Numbered from the whole stretch's first letter, positions 41,980 through 54,015 are shown. The stretch is DNA of 63,425 bases, filler included, from Chrysochromulina tobinii (GCA_001275005.1; 7 parts of 7 records of this genome joined end to end with filler, not necessarily neighbours in it), one strand, 5' to 3'. The notes: generated by a model from the letters alone, not told the origin. Numbers and translations are program-made.

Positions 41980-43749
41980 CTAACCGGATGCCACCTCCTG
42001 CTGCCTCGCTTCATGGTGCTCCTGCGCCGCCTCGCCTTGCACTTGCGCTGCTCGCTCGTCGTGAAGGGGCCGCAGCCATTCCAGTACGACTTCGACAAGC
42101 CGCGCGGCCAGGCCGTCGTCCGTCGGGGCACCGCCCGCAGGTTGCAGCTCCGGCGGGGGCACCCACACCGGCACTAGCACGTCGAGGCACACGGCCAAAT
42201 ATGGTACTAGGTGCTCGGCCATGCACGCGCACAGCGACCGGAAATGCTCGCGAGCGCCAAGGCCCAGAGCGATGGCAGCCTCGCGCGCATCGGCGAGCGC
42301 GCGCACGCAGTCTCGCAACGTCGTCGCGACCTGATTGAAGAAAGCAGGGCGCAGCTCATATGGCGCGCACGATCGCATCTCGTTGAAGACGACGAGAAAG
42401 TGGTTGAGAAGCACAGCCACTGGCGGATGCTGCAGCAACGCCAGCGGCGGCGCCGGGCTGGTGGCTGTGCGATCTGTGCCGCTGCCAACACTGCCGCCGC
42501 TGCCGCCAGCGGCTGCCGCATCGGCATCTGGAGCTCCGGTCGTGCCCGAGCCTGATGGTGCGAGGGCTGCGACGGCGGCAGCGGATGCGTGCGGAACGTT
42601 CCACTTGTGCACGCGTATGGCATCGAGCCAATGCTCCTTAGCGGCAGCGAGCCCGTCGTCGAGAAGCTCCAGCACAGCATCACGAAAGGGACCGCGCGCG
42701 AACGCCGACACATCCATGCCGACGCGAGCGAGCGAGCGCGCCGAGTAGGAGCACTGTTCGATGAGGTTGGCGAGGAAAGCGCCCTCGCGCACGCGCGGAA
42801 GCCACGTGCGCAGCGTGAGCACAAACTCATCGATGCGCTCGATGGCCCACTTTCCCAGCAGCAGGTTGCCCAGCTGGGTGGCCGACACGCCGGCTGGCGG
42901 CGCATTCTCGCAGGGTGGGTTGGGCATGGGAGCAGCGGGCATCGTGGCAGCAGCCTCATCGTCCGCGGCGAAGACGGCGCGGTAGTGCGTGACCGTGTCG
43001 TACCAGTGGACGCGGCAAAGGTCGATGTACTTTAGCAGGAAGGTGGCCGGCGAGTCACGTGGCAGCGTCGCCTCCGCTTGTGTGAAGAAGATTGTGCGGT
43101 TGCGCACAAAAACTGCACGCAGATCAGCCTCGCTCATGGCATGTGCGCCCATCCGGCGAAGGTAGCCGACAACGCGCATCGCATCGGGCAGCTGCAGAGG
43201 TCCCGCAAGCTGTGTGAGCAGCGCGTCACGCAGCTCGCCCATGTGCGCACTCACCTCGACCGCGACCCGCACGGCGATGGGAACGTTGGCGTGGACGAGC
43301 GCGCGTGAGCGCACGGCCGCCTCCAGCTCCAGCGCCTCGTCAATAAAGCCGTTACGCACGCACGTGTCCATGAGCATCGGCTGCTCAAGAACCTCAAGCA
43401 CATCGGCATGCTTTGCGAGCAGAGCCATGTTGCTGCGGCGCTCGTCAATGCGGCGTTGCGCATCAGCCTGCACCGCCGATAGCGGTAGGTGCGATTCGAG
43501 GGCCTCAAGGTGCCGCTTCACGCGTGCGAGCTCGTCGCGCACGCGATGCACGCAGTCAGCACTCTCCACGAAGGATCCACTTGAGGCACTAGCCAACTCC
43601 TTCAGCTGCTTGCGTGCGCCTTCCTTGAGGGCTTCGAGTTGCGGGGTCTTGCGTCGGACTCCCTGAAGCGTGAGGGCCCCAAGCTCAGCAACGTACTCGG
43701 CCTCGTCAGCCGTCGCGCCAATCGCGACAGACAAAGGGTCGAGTGCCAT
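41980..43749 (-). CDS. COG8: Conserved oligomeric Golgi complex subunit 8 (Dor1)
   Basis: LEVLEQPMLMDTCVRNGFIDEALEL, LQLPDAMRVVGYLRR, PPLALLQHPP...FNEMRSCAP. Confidence 0.88.
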   Translation of the reverse strand: MALDPLSVAIGATADEAEYVAELGALTLQGVRRKTPQLEALKEGARKQLKELASASSGSFVESADCVHRVRDELARVKRHLEALESHLPLSAVQADAQRRIDERRSNMALLAKHADVLEVLEQPMLMDTCVRNGFIDEALELEAAVRSRALVHANVPIAVRVAVEVSAHMGELRDALLTQLAGPLQLPDAMRVVGYLRRMGAHAMSEADLRAVFVRNRTIFFTQAEATLPRDSPATFLLKYIDLCRVHWYDTVTHYRAVFAADDEAAATMPAAPMPNPPCENAPPAGVSATQLGNLLLGKWAIERIDEFVLTLRTWLPRVREGAFLANLIEQCSYSARSLARVGMDVSAFARGPFRDAVLELLDDGLAAAKEHWLDAIRVHKWNVPHASAAAVAALAPSGSGTTGAPDADAAAAGGSGGSVGSGTDRTATSPAPPLALLQHPPVAVLLNHFLVVFNEMRSCAPYELRPAFFNQVATTLRDCVRALADAREAAIALGLGAREHFRSLCACMAEHLVPYLAVCLDVLVPVWVPPPELQPAGGAPTDDGLAARLVEVVLEWLRPLHDERAAQVQGEAAQEHHEARQQEVASG

Positions 43750-43882
43750 CGCACTCTAGAGGTTCCCCAGACAAGTTTGACTTGGAAAGCCCCCGGGTGT
43801 ATGGAAACAAATTTGCAGACTTTCTTGGTCGGATCTTTGCCTTTTGCGGGTTTTGCCGCGAAAGCTAGCGCTCCCGCTTCCG

Positions 43883-46800
43883 ATGCCTGATGGTCCTATC
43901 ACATGCACAGTCTCAGGCCTCAACCCCCAGCTCAAAGAGGCCGTGCACCGCGCGGGTGAGAGGCTCGGCATCACCTTCACGCCGACCCTCGATGAGAACA
44001 GCACGCACCTAGTCGCCATGACGGTGCAGAGCGACAAGTACCGCCATGCGGTGAGGCTGGAATTGCCTGTTGTCACGCCAGAGTGGGTGCTGCGCAGCGC
44101 TGACGCGGGCAAGCTCGAGCCCGAGGTGTCCTTCCTGCTGCCACCGCTCCATGGCCTCGTCATTGCCGTGACGGGCCCGGGCTTCGACGAGGAGACGCGT
44201 GAGCGGACGAGCCAGCTCATCGAGCGGCTGGGCGGCAGGATGACCCGTGGCCTGATCGCCGAGTGCACCCACCTCGTGGCCGAAGCACCCTGCGGCGAAA
44301 AGTTCCATGCGTGCTGCACTGTGGCTGACCTGCGCAACGTGCAGGTCGTCTCTTGCGGCTGGCTCGACGCCTGCGCGCGCACGGGCGTGTGCGTGGACGC
44401 GGCACAGTATCTGATGGCACGGCGTGAGCCATGCCTTAGCTCCTGCGTGCTGTACGTGATGCGCGGCAGCGCCTCAGACGAGGAGCTCGCCGAGCTCGCG
44501 GAGGCGGCGCGCGCCGTCGGCGCAACGCGCGTGGAGCGCCTTGGCAGGCTGGTGACGCACGTGCTACTCGGCGAGCTCGCGTGCGACAACCCAACGCGCT
44601 GGGGCAGTGAGGTAAGCGGCCTAAGCGAAAGCGCGCCGGCGGCGGCCGTGCTTGCCGCGGACTGGCTCCTCGAATGTAACCGCCGTGGCGACTACGCGCC
44701 GACCGACAAGTACCTGTGGCGTTCGCTTCTCGACAGCGCGCAACGCCAGCGCCAGCCGCCGTCCGCGGCGGCGGCGCCATCGCGTCGCCAGCAGTCGTCA
44801 GCGTACGGTAACGCGCGCCATCAGCACGAGCGGCAAGGCGGCAAGGCGGAGGCCTCGTTGGGGCAGCGGGCGCGACGGCTCACGAGGCGAGCACATGGCG
44901 GCGGCGGCGGCGGCAGCGGCGACGGCAGCGGCGACGGCAGCATCCGCCGCAGCCTCCGCCGAAGGCTCGGAGGCCGTGGGCGGAGGAGCGTGTGGCACGG
45001 CCGTCGGCGGCGCAAATGAAGACGAGGACGATGCGGCCGTGCCCGCAGCGAACATCATTGCGCCGCCGACCGCCGCCGCTTTGGCCGCAGTCGGGCGCGG
45101 TCGGAGCGGCTTCCATGACCTGTGCCTGCTTGTGCTCCTCTCCAGGGAGAGCCACTCGGAGGCGCTCATGACGATCGAGAAGGCTGTCGCCCTCGGTGGC
45201 CTCACAGTTCTCCGTGGCGACACGCCCGAGCACCTCGATGCATGGGCAAAAGACGCGGGGCGTGCAGCAGTGATGGTGCCGCATGGCCCCGAGGGCCTCG
45301 CCTCGGCGCGGCAAGCAGTCGGTCAGCACGGCAGTCAGCACGGCAGCCGGCGGCAGATAACCGACAGTGCGCGCGATGGCGTCACTCGCGAGCGCGCAGT
45401 CGACATCGTGAGCTTCCAGTGGTTGCGCGAGTGCGTCCACAAAGGCAGGCAGCTGAGCGTGTCGCGCCACCCGATATTTGCGCCGTGCCCACATGAACTG
45501 CCGCTGCCCGGCTTCAGCGAGAAGGTCAAGGTCTGCTTCACGCAATATGACGCCGCATCGGAGGAGCGCCGCCTAGGCATCGAGCTGGTCAAGTTGCTCG
45601 GCGGCAAGTACAAGGATGCTTTCAACCGCTCGCGCACGCACCTCATCTGCCCTCGCGTCGCAGGTGACAAGTGCGAAAAGGCGCGTGAGTGGGGGGTGCC
45701 GATGGTAAACGCGTCGTGGCTCAAGGATTGCTTCGACGAAGGCCGCGTCGCCGAGGTGCGCCCATGCCATCTGCCCGATGGGATGCGGCCCACGTTGGCG
45801 AACCCGGCCGATGGCCGCGCCGCCGGGCATGGCCATGACGTTGGCGTAGCCGGGCCCATCGGGCCACCGCCGCTGCTGCCTGACGTACCACCGTATGTGC
45901 AGCCATTCTCCGACCCAGAGCCGCTGCCGTCCTCGGCGTCCCACCGTCGGCCCATGGCCTCGCGCCAGCCGCAGCCTCTCGGGCCCGCCGATCCCAACCA
46001 GAGCGGTTCGCCCCATCTGGCTAATCTGCCGCCGTCGGTGCGCCCCGGGGGCTCCGACGACAATCCAGCGAGCCCACCGCCCAAGTCGCCCTACTGCACG
46101 GCCCTTGAGCCGATCGAAGGCTCCAAGGCTGACAGCGCCGCTGCCACGCGCCACGACGCCAACGCGCACCCGCTGCACCCGGTTTTGAGAATGGCAGCCC
46201 CCTCCGCTCCATACGCCGCTGCACCCGGCAGCCTCACCGCCGTCGCCGCCTTCTCGGTGGCGCCACCACCAGAGGCACGTGCGGTTGCGCCTACCGCGCC
46301 GGCCGGGGCATCTTCGAGCGGCCGCCCAGCGCCCACCCCTGCACGTCCCTCGTCGCGTGTGCCTGCCTTCGCGCTGCGACCCTCTGGGGTTACCTCTGCT
46401 GACCCATCTGATGCGTTGGCCAAGCCACTTGGAGGCAACGCTGCCAGCGGCAATCTGCCGATGATTCGATCGCACACTGTCGCGAGTGCGGAGGCCCTAC
46501 TCGCGCAGTTACCAGTGGCTGATGAGGTTGACGCGTGCACCAAGGCGCCGCGCCCACTCGCCACCAGCCTTGGCCCAACCGCCAGCCATTCTGCTGCACA
46601 TGCCGTCTCGCACTCGTCATCCTCGGCTCATGCCTTTTCCGAGCGCTTCGACGCAAGCGGCACAGTCGTGGCGCTCGCCCCTCGCCTCGTGCGGCGCTCC
46701 GAGCTCGATGGGGATGCCAATGACGCCGGTCGCGAGCCGAGTGCCGCATTCTTCGAGCCAGTGGCCTCGCAGCAGGAGGTGCGCTACGTCGATCCTGAGC

Positions 46801-47013
46801 AAGAGGCCCACCAGCAGCGGATTCGGTGGCGCATGCTTGCCGCCAGCCCCGCAGCTGACGACCTGCCGCGGCCGTCCTCGCGGACTTCTGGCAGCAGCAG
46901 CCCCATCGATCGGGCTGTCGCGATGGCGGGCGGCACAGGCGGTGGCAGCACGGGCGGTGGGGGCTGCAACGTGCCCGCTGCGCCGGCCTCCGGGGTTCCT
47001 CAACGAGTGCTAG

Positions 47014-47096
<83 letters not shown>

Positions 47097-48227
47097 GTGC
47101 ACGCGCCCTCTTCGACGACAGTCGCATGCAGTGCTGCGGCGAGCCACGCCCAGTCGAGTGCGCGCGCCAATCTATTCTCGTCCGTGCAGCGCAGCGGCGG
47201 CGGAAGCGCCGGCCGGCCTCTTGCGCAGCGCACGATTGTCATCGTCGGCGACGACGCGTGCGCGCGCGAACGCCTGGTGGCCAAGGCCAAGAGCCTCGGC
47301 GCGCAGGTGGCGGAGTTGCGTGTGCTGACAGGGTCTGGGTACCGCCCGCCCGAGCCGCAGCCGGTGCCAAGCCACTGCAGCGCAGCCATTTTTGCCGACG
47401 AAAGCGCGCTGCGTGCTTCGTTCGAGTGCCTGGCGGTGCTCGCGGCGGGGCTGGTGCCGCTTCGCGCCACTTTCCTCGACAGCGTGCAGCCGTTGAGTAT
47501 CGTCTCCGCCAGCAAGCATGCGCGCCCCTCATTTATGGCCGAGCACGCGTGGCAGTCGCATCACCTGACAAGCGCTGCGCACGCGCACGAGCGTGAGCTC
47601 ACGAGCGCCCTGCTCGCCGTAGGCGCAAGGCGCTCTGCCTCTGCCCAGCGGGACCGGCTCTGGGAGGGCTGGCGCGTTCACGTGCACCCATCTGCGTACA
47701 TCGACGAGGCTGAGAGTCCGGGCGATGACGCTGGCAGCGGGGCGGCGTGGGCGGCAGCAGGCAGCTGTCGGCTCGACGAGGGCGAGCTCTGCGCGCTGCT
47801 GCTTTCGGGCGGTGCCACGATCGTCGAGGGCGCTGCGGCGGCGACGGATGCGGACCTCGTGCTCACGGGCCGTCACGGCGCGGACGACGACGCGCTGCCG
47901 CGCAGCGCGCCGTGTGTCCCCCTATCGGTGCTCATGCGCTGCGCACGTGGCGAGCTCGAATGCTCCTCGACTGATGCGCTCATTAGAGAGGCTGCACGGC
48001 TGCTGCCGCCGCCGCGAGGGCACCCAGAGGCCATGCTGCCTGCGGCCGCTACGCGCGGCATAGGTGGGGGGTTCGGGGGCGGCGGATCTGGAGGTGGAGC
48101 TGGCGGAGGTGGCGCCCATGAGCCAAGCAAGCGACGCACGAGGCACAGTGGCACTGGAGCCGAGCGGCCAATGACGTCTGGCGGCGCTGGACCAGCGGCG
48201 GCCAACAAGCGGCAGCGTGCGCTCTGA
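43883..48227 (+). CDS. TOPBP1: Multi-BRCT protein, TOPBP1/Rad4-Cut5-like; one unresolved intron or frameshift at ~44750-44900
   Basis: Repeated BRCT signatures: THLVA...KY...VVTPEWV, CTHLVA...GEKF...WLDAC, VSFQWLREC and THLICP...GDKCEKAREWGVPMVNASWLKDC. Confidence 0.72.
47016..47093 (+). repeat. Pure (CAG)26 in-frame polyglutamine tract
   Basis: Counted from coordinates. Confidence 0.9.
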
Positions 48228-49001
48228 GGGACGGCGCGCGAGAGAGGCACATCGGGAGTCGTCGCTGAAGTCGTCGCACGTCGGTGGCCTGCACAGAGGC
48301 CGCGCGAGGCGAATCTGAAAGCTACCGGTGCGAATCCGCGGAATCTGCGGACTGCGAAGGGCTGAAACTGGTCCCCGGGGATCGCCATGGCCGGGGCCGT
48401 GCCACTGCCGGGGCTTGTTGCAACTCCGCTGGGCCAGGGGTGCTCCTCCGCACTCCGCACTCATTGCCGTTACTGTTTTGCGTTGTCTTTCGGAGTATGC
48501 GTTTTCCCGGACTCGCTTTTCTATCCTTGGTTCCTTCCATTCCGTTAGGCCTTTGTCCGCGCCGGGCCAAGAACCGCGACGTCCCGACTCCCCGCACCCC
48601 GGTGCCCGGGCGACCAGGTATTCGATTGGCTATTCGCCTATTGCGCGGCGCGGAGACGCCGGAACGCCTAGAACGCCCGCGCCCCGCGGCGCGGCGACGC
48701 AACGGGCCGGGACCGGGAGACGACGCGACCGGACCGAGATCTATGAGCACTGAGGCCTGTCCCGGCCGCGGACAAAAAGTAATTATCCAACGTGAGCGTT
48801 ATACCATAGTAATACCATTACTCACTTCTCAGAGGAGCGCTCACTCCAGTGGCCCAGGCTGACGGCGGATCCGATAAGTCAACCGAATGTTACCCGCGCA
48901 CAGAACTCTAGCATAGAACGCGTGTTTGGCGTGGAGCCTACGGTAAGGCTAAGGGGCGCGGTGCCCAGTTCTGCACGTGGTGTCTGCCTGTGACCCCCCT
49001 T

Positions 49002-50285
49002 TTAGCTTGAAAGCACGCGTTCAGCTCTCGAGTCTCGGAGCACTTGTGGCACGGCGCATCCGGCTCGTTGCAACGCCACTGGCTGGTACGGACGCCCGCG
49101 CCGGGCGCTAGCGTCCAGCTCGGCGCAGTCAGCGTACACGCATGGCCGACCAAGCTCACACATGGTGCCCGGTCGGAGCGGCACACACGCGCGATCGCAG
49201 CCGCCCTCGTGCGGGTCGAAGGAGGCGTCGCAGCGCGTGTCGTCTGAGTTGAGGAACCAGAGGCCATCGTACACGAGCTTCGCCTTCTTGCTGTGCCTGG
49301 CCCAGTTCATGTGGACGATGAAGGCAACCGCCTTGCTCGAGAGGCTATGGCTCCAAACAAGGCCAGTCGGGAATAATGTCTGGTTGAGCTTGGGCGCCAT
49401 CACTCTCAAGCCCTTGCGTCGCTTGCGACCGTCGCGAAGCACGTCGTTCAAGCAATGCTGATCTTCGAACATGGTGTTGGAGTTGTTCACTTTCGAGAAG
49501 AACCTGCGTAAGAGCGCATCGAACAGCGCTACCGTGCGGTTGCTGGCTCGCACGTAGTAAAAGCCTCCATTATTTCCAAACACTCCTTCACTCTGCACGA
49601 GCATGTCGGAGTCGCGGTACGTTGCCGTGTGTCCACTCGGCCGAACCAGAATGGGTTTCTCGAAGAGGGGCAGGGGATTACGCAGGATGACCACATCAAC
49701 ATCGCAATGGAGGATGTTGAAACCCGCCGCCAGCAAGAGGCGTAACCAGCCGACGCGGTGACACATGATGGCGTTGAACAGCCGGCTGCGATACACAGCC
49801 GCGTTCCCTATGCCACTTTGAGCACCTTGGCTCGTTTGCTTTGCAACCGTTCTGTTCGTTTCTGGTCGCGAACCAAACGTGGAGTTGGACCCGTGGACCG
49901 CCGCTTCAAAGTGGTGGTATGGGCTGACGCAAGCAGCCGCGTGCCGCGTGTCGTTCAGCCCAAAATCATGAGCAAGCTGTTGGCACACGATCTCGTCGAA
50001 TGATATGACGAACCAGTGATGCATGCCGGAACGGTCCACAGAACACAACAGGTTCTTGAGCATGGGCAGCATTCGAGCGTTTCCAAACAGCGGCATGACA
50101 GTGCGCTCATCGCGCCGCACCAGCGCCGTCCTCGCTGCGCGGTCAAGTACCTGCGATTGCGAGCTCCCACTGGGCACCTCGCCAGGCATTGGCGGCCACT
50201 GCGCGGAAATCGGCATATTAGATCGGCACGAACAGCGCACGTTTCGACTACGTGCGACGGTCCGCGAAGCTTGCATAGGCTCCAA
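49002..50285 (-). CDS. Nucleotide-diphospho-sugar transferase (GT77-like); start uncertain
   Basis: LLAAGFNILHCDVDVVILRNP (DxD), NGGFYYVRASNRT, EDQ..LN, VHMNW. Confidence 0.82.
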   Translation of the reverse strand: MEPMQASRTVARSRNVRCSCRSNMPISAQWPPMPGEVPSGSSQSQVLDRAARTALVRRDERTVMPLFGNARMLPMLKNLLCSVDRSGMHHWFVISFDEIVCQQLAHDFGLNDTRHAAACVSPYHHFEAAVHGSNSTFGSRPETNRTVAKQTSQGAQSGIGNAAVYRSRLFNAIMCHRVGWLRLLLAAGFNILHCDVDVVILRNPLPLFEKPILVRPSGHTATYRDSDMLVQSEGVFGNNGGFYYVRASNRTVALFDALLRRFFSKVNNSNTMFEDQHCLNDVLRDGRKRRKGLRVMAPKLNQTLFPTGLVWSHSLSSKAVAFIVHMNWARHSKKAKLVYDGLWFLNSDDTRCDASFDPHEGGCDRACVPLRPGTMCELGRPCVYADCAELDASARRGRPYQPVALQRAGCAVPQVLRDSRAERVLSS

Positions 50286-50405
50286 CCGCCCGAGGAGACC
50301 TGGAATTTCGGAACGTAACTTCTGGCAATCGGGCAGACGTTACAGTTGACGAAACGCGAATTGCGCTGCGCGTTTTCTCGTGTGAGTCTCTCTAAGGCCG
50401 AAAAC

Positions 50406-51041
50406 ATGCCGGCGACCGCCGGACGCGTCAAGATGCCCGCCAATAATCGCATGCAAACGTCAGCGTCGCTCAACACGCACAGCATCTGGCAAAATGCGAT
50501 CGGTTATGATCCGTACGCTGCAGAGCAGAAAGCTGCCGAGACAAGTGTGAGCGTAGAGGCAGCAACCTCTGCACAAGACAATATGAAGGCACTGCTCGAA
50601 CTCGCCAAGAGCAATCGTGCTGCCATGGAGGAGGAGAAAGGCAGTTGGCGCGGTGCCAGTCAGCTGCGTGGCGGATGGGCGGGCGGTCGAGATCTTGGCG
50701 TGGTTCCTTCTTCTGAGCTGTCCTCATCAAGGACGGGACACAACGACAAAGGCGGAGATGACATGCCGTCCTCGACGTCGAGCTTCGAATCGGATCGGGA
50801 GGAGGATCCCAATCGTGCAGTGCGCCCAGATGGAGGCGCTTCGAGCTCCGCAGCAGCTGCCAACAGCGGCGGCAAGAAGCGCTCCCGCGAGGAGAGCGAG
50901 GGCGAGAGCCGAGTAAAAAAGGGCAAGGGCAAGCACAAAAAAGATAAGCATAAGCACCACAAGAAGGACAAGCACAAGCACAAGGACGAATACGGCGTGG
51001 AGAAGAAAAAGCACAAGCACCGACACCGGGACTCGGATTAG
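50406..51041 (+). CDS. CXIP4: CAX-interacting protein 4 (CXIP4)-like nuclear protein
   Basis: The N-terminus MPATAGRVKMPANNRMQTSASLNTHSIWQNAIGYDPYA closely resembles plant CXIP4. The tail is K/H-rich. Confidence 0.75.
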   Translation: MPATAGRVKMPANNRMQTSASLNTHSIWQNAIGYDPYAAEQKAAETSVSVEAATSAQDNMKALLELAKSNRAAMEEEKGSWRGASQLRGGWAGGRDLGVVPSSELSSSRTGHNDKGGDDMPSSTSSFESDREEDPNRAVRPDGGASSSAAAANSGGKKRSREESEGESRVKKGKGKHKKDKHKHHKKDKHKHKDEYGVEKKKHKHRHRDSD

Positions 51042-51737
51042 CGAAAGCATCTGGGACACGTGGAACGCCTCGACGTGTCGAGGGGTGTGGATCACGCGAG
51101 ACGCGAGCCTGATGTGGGACAGGGAAGACGAGGAGTTGAGGGGCCGCCCGCAAGCTTATATCGCTTCGACAGACCATCCCTTGCCACGGAGATCTGATCA
51201 CGCCCATTATTCAAGGGGGGAGAAATGTTCTTAATTATAATATAAGAGACGTATCGTATACGACGTCCGGCGGACCGCCCGGCGGCCGGCGCGGGGCGAG
51301 CGCCGCCGCCGGGGTCGTCGCGCGCGCGGCGCGGGGGCCGGGGCGTCGGCAGTTCGCGGGCCCACCGCCGCCGGCCGTCGCGCGTCGGACGGCGTGGTCG
51401 TCAGCCGGTCGCCGGTTTCACAGCGCGCGGGTCACGAGAGCCGGCGCGCAAGGTGGCCGGGGCGTGTGCGTCGACCCGCGAGCGCGGCAGCCGCGTCGCT
51501 CGCGTCTCGCGCGCCCCGCTCGTAGCGCTTCACCGTACGAGGCGGTCCCGCACGGCACCGCCGCACGCGCGTGCCGTGGACAGTCACGCGCGGGACGCGC
51601 CGCTCATCCACCGGACACGCGCTCCGGGGGAGTATCGCCGCTTCGCGCGGCGTTCTTCACACGAGGCGCGTCACGCAGCCGCACACCGGAGCCCACACCA
51701 CTGCACGGCGCTACAGGACAATCTTATTAACACGAGA

Positions 51738-53636
51738 TCATGAAAAGCCAAAGGGGCGATCGGGCTTCTCCTGCTGCGACAAGCCTAGGAGCAAAAAGGA
51801 GTTGAGGCCGCTCATGAGCGGGTTGGCTGCCTTGTGCTCACCGATGGCACGCAGCAGCGACGCTGCCAGGTTGCGCACGGACGCATTGGGATGGAAAAGT
51901 GCGGTAGCAACAGGTGAGAGGCAGCCAAGTGGCGACGAACCAGGTAGTCTCGAGAGGAGCTGCTCGAGGCGCGCCTCGTCGGCCACAAACGAGTGCACGC
52001 TCGAGAAGATGTGCTCGAGCTCCTTGTCGGTCATGCACGAGGCGGAGCGCAGTTGCTCAAGGAAAAGCATCACCATCTCGTCAGACGGGCTGCCCGCCTG
52101 CCGGTCCATCACCGCGGTGCTTCCTCGCAGCTGCTCGCACCGCAGCTGCTGTGCGTGCTCCTGGAAGCACGCACGCAGCCAATGCTCGGAGTACCGCGCA
52201 TCCAGACCGGTGCTCACCTGCTCGTAGAGGTCCTCGTCGAGCTCGCTCAGGCGCGGGGGCTCGGCTGCGCACTTGCGCCCATGGGGGCCTACTGAGGAGA
52301 CGAGCACGCGGCCCGAATCGAGGTCGCACAACACGTCCCACCACTCGGGGTGCGATGCGAAGATTGGGTTGGTGCTGCCTGCGATGAAGCCCTCGATTTT
52401 GAGGAAGTCGAGATTGGTGAGTGACACGAACGGGTAACAGCGCTCGAGCAGGCCAGTCAACGGAGGGCACACGAGAAGCGGCAACGAGAGCACGGCGAGG
52501 CACACAATCTCCGCAGGTTGCGAGTGACCCAGGAAGAGCACCCGCTTCTTGTTGAGAACCGCGTGAAAGATGCAGATGAGCGCCGTTCGAAAGCGCCGGA
52601 GCAGCTCCGTCACCGAGGCGTCGGCGATCTCCTCTGGCTGGAGCATCAAGGGCACGCGCAGCGGGACACGTGCGCCGCTTCTGGGCGGAAATTGCACGTG
52701 ACCCAAGAGCGTGAGCTCTTTTTGTGCTGAGCCCTGCGCCAACATTTTGTGATGCACCCGCCGCTGCATGTCGCTCACAGGCGGCAGCGCGGAGACAGAC
52801 AGCGCATTGAGCTCATCGTACAGGTAGCGGCACTGCTGCTCGAGCGTCTCGGAGTACTCTCCGAGCCCCGTCGACAGCATAAACATGCGGTCAACCGCCA
52901 GCACTAGTACCGGCTTCCACACGTGAATGAATTGGAAGCGCGAACACACTGCGAGAGCCTTGACTTGGGCGCCGCGTCGAACCGTCGCGTCGCGCCGGCT
53001 GGACACGTGGTTGAGGCACCACAGCAACGGCTGCGGTGCCGCGGAGGCAGCAGCGAGCGTCTCGATAGCAACGCGGAACTCCTCTTGATCCTCAGCTGCG
53101 AGGAAATGAATGCCGAGGGCCGCGCCCTCGAGCGAATACATGGACGCAAAGTCGGGCTGCAGCGCTGCATACTGGAGCTCTTCGTGGTGCACGAACCGCA
53201 GCGTCTGGCCGTCTCCGAGGTCAATCACAAGGAAGAGCGGCGTGGGCATCGTTCCGCCGAGCTCTAGCGAGATTGTGTCTGGGCTGTCTTGCTCGGGGTT
53301 GGGGCTCGGGCTCCTGATGATCTCCCAGGCGCCTTGCTCTTCCGCGTTCGGGTCGTCATTGTACCGGTATGCGTGCACTGTCCACCGCTTCCTCAGGAGT
53401 TCAGTGGTGGGCTTCGCCGACGATGCCGTGATTGATGGCATGTCAGCAGAGCCACCCAGCATGAACACAGTCCAGTCCTCGAAGTGATTGTGCGCACCCT
53501 CGGGCAGCATGAGCTCCGCGAGCAGGTGTTTGTCACCGACGTCCCGGGGGTACTGAATGCGGCAAACGGAGCCCTTGTCTATGTCAAACTCGGCCATCAT
53601 CACCGCTTCCACCATCACTGCTCCTCCTTCGGCCAT
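51738..53636 (-). CDS. Afi1/MesA-like DENN-family protein
   Basis: AEFDIDKGS...QYP...LAELMLPEGAH...DWTVF, RRGAQVKALA, GFIAGSTNPIF...WWDVLCDL. Confidence 0.8.
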   Translation of the reverse strand: MAEGGAVMVEAVMMAEFDIDKGSVCRIQYPRDVGDKHLLAELMLPEGAHNHFEDWTVFMLGGSADMPSITASSAKPTTELLRKRWTVHAYRYNDDPNAEEQGAWEIIRSPSPNPEQDSPDTISLELGGTMPTPLFLVIDLGDGQTLRFVHHEELQYAALQPDFASMYSLEGAALGIHFLAAEDQEEFRVAIETLAAASAAPQPLLWCLNHVSSRRDATVRRGAQVKALAVCSRFQFIHVWKPVLVLAVDRMFMLSTGLGEYSETLEQQCRYLYDELNALSVSALPPVSDMQRRVHHKMLAQGSAQKELTLLGHVQFPPRSGARVPLRVPLMLQPEEIADASVTELLRRFRTALICIFHAVLNKKRVLFLGHSQPAEIVCLAVLSLPLLVCPPLTGLLERCYPFVSLTNLDFLKIEGFIAGSTNPIFASHPEWWDVLCDLDSGRVLVSSVGPHGRKCAAEPPRLSELDEDLYEQVSTGLDARYSEHWLRACFQEHAQQLRCEQLRGSTAVMDRQAGSPSDEMVMLFLEQLRSASCMTDKELEHIFSSVHSFVADEARLEQLLSRLPGSSPLGCLSPVATALFHPNASVRNLAASLLRAIGEHKAANPLMSGLNSFLLLGLSQQEKPDRPFGFS

Positions 53637-53915
53637 TTCACGTTCACGTTAAAATGCCCTCTCGGCAAGACGCACAGCCACAGGTCCCGTGGAGACACAA
53701 CGTGGGAGGCGCAGGTTCGGGGGCCATTTTGGGGGCGTACCCACTTTAGGCAAGTACAAGTCACACGAAAAGTGCACAAACGAAAAATGGAAGACCTGAC
53801 CTACCCAATTGCGCGTTCACAGCCAATGTTCTTCCCCACCCCCGGTTTCGTCTGAATACCGGGAGGGAAGCCTCAGAGATTAACCGCCAGCGTGAAATTA
53901 GCGCGTGCGCGAAAC

Positions 53916-54015
53916 NNNNNNNNNNNNNNNNNNNNNNNNNNNNNNNNNNNNNNNNNNNNTTAATTAATTAANNNNNNNNNNNNNNNNNNNNNNNNNNNNN
54001 NNNNNNNNNNNNNNN
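53916..54015. other. Artificial contig linker
   Basis: N44-TTAATTAATTAA-N44. Confidence 0.97.

Noticed and set aside
41928..42131. Alternative-frame ORF overlapping the COG8 3' end (vertebrate COG8 overlaps peptide deformylase)
   Set aside because: Short, with no deformylase motifs (GxGLAAxQ, EGCLS, HExxH).
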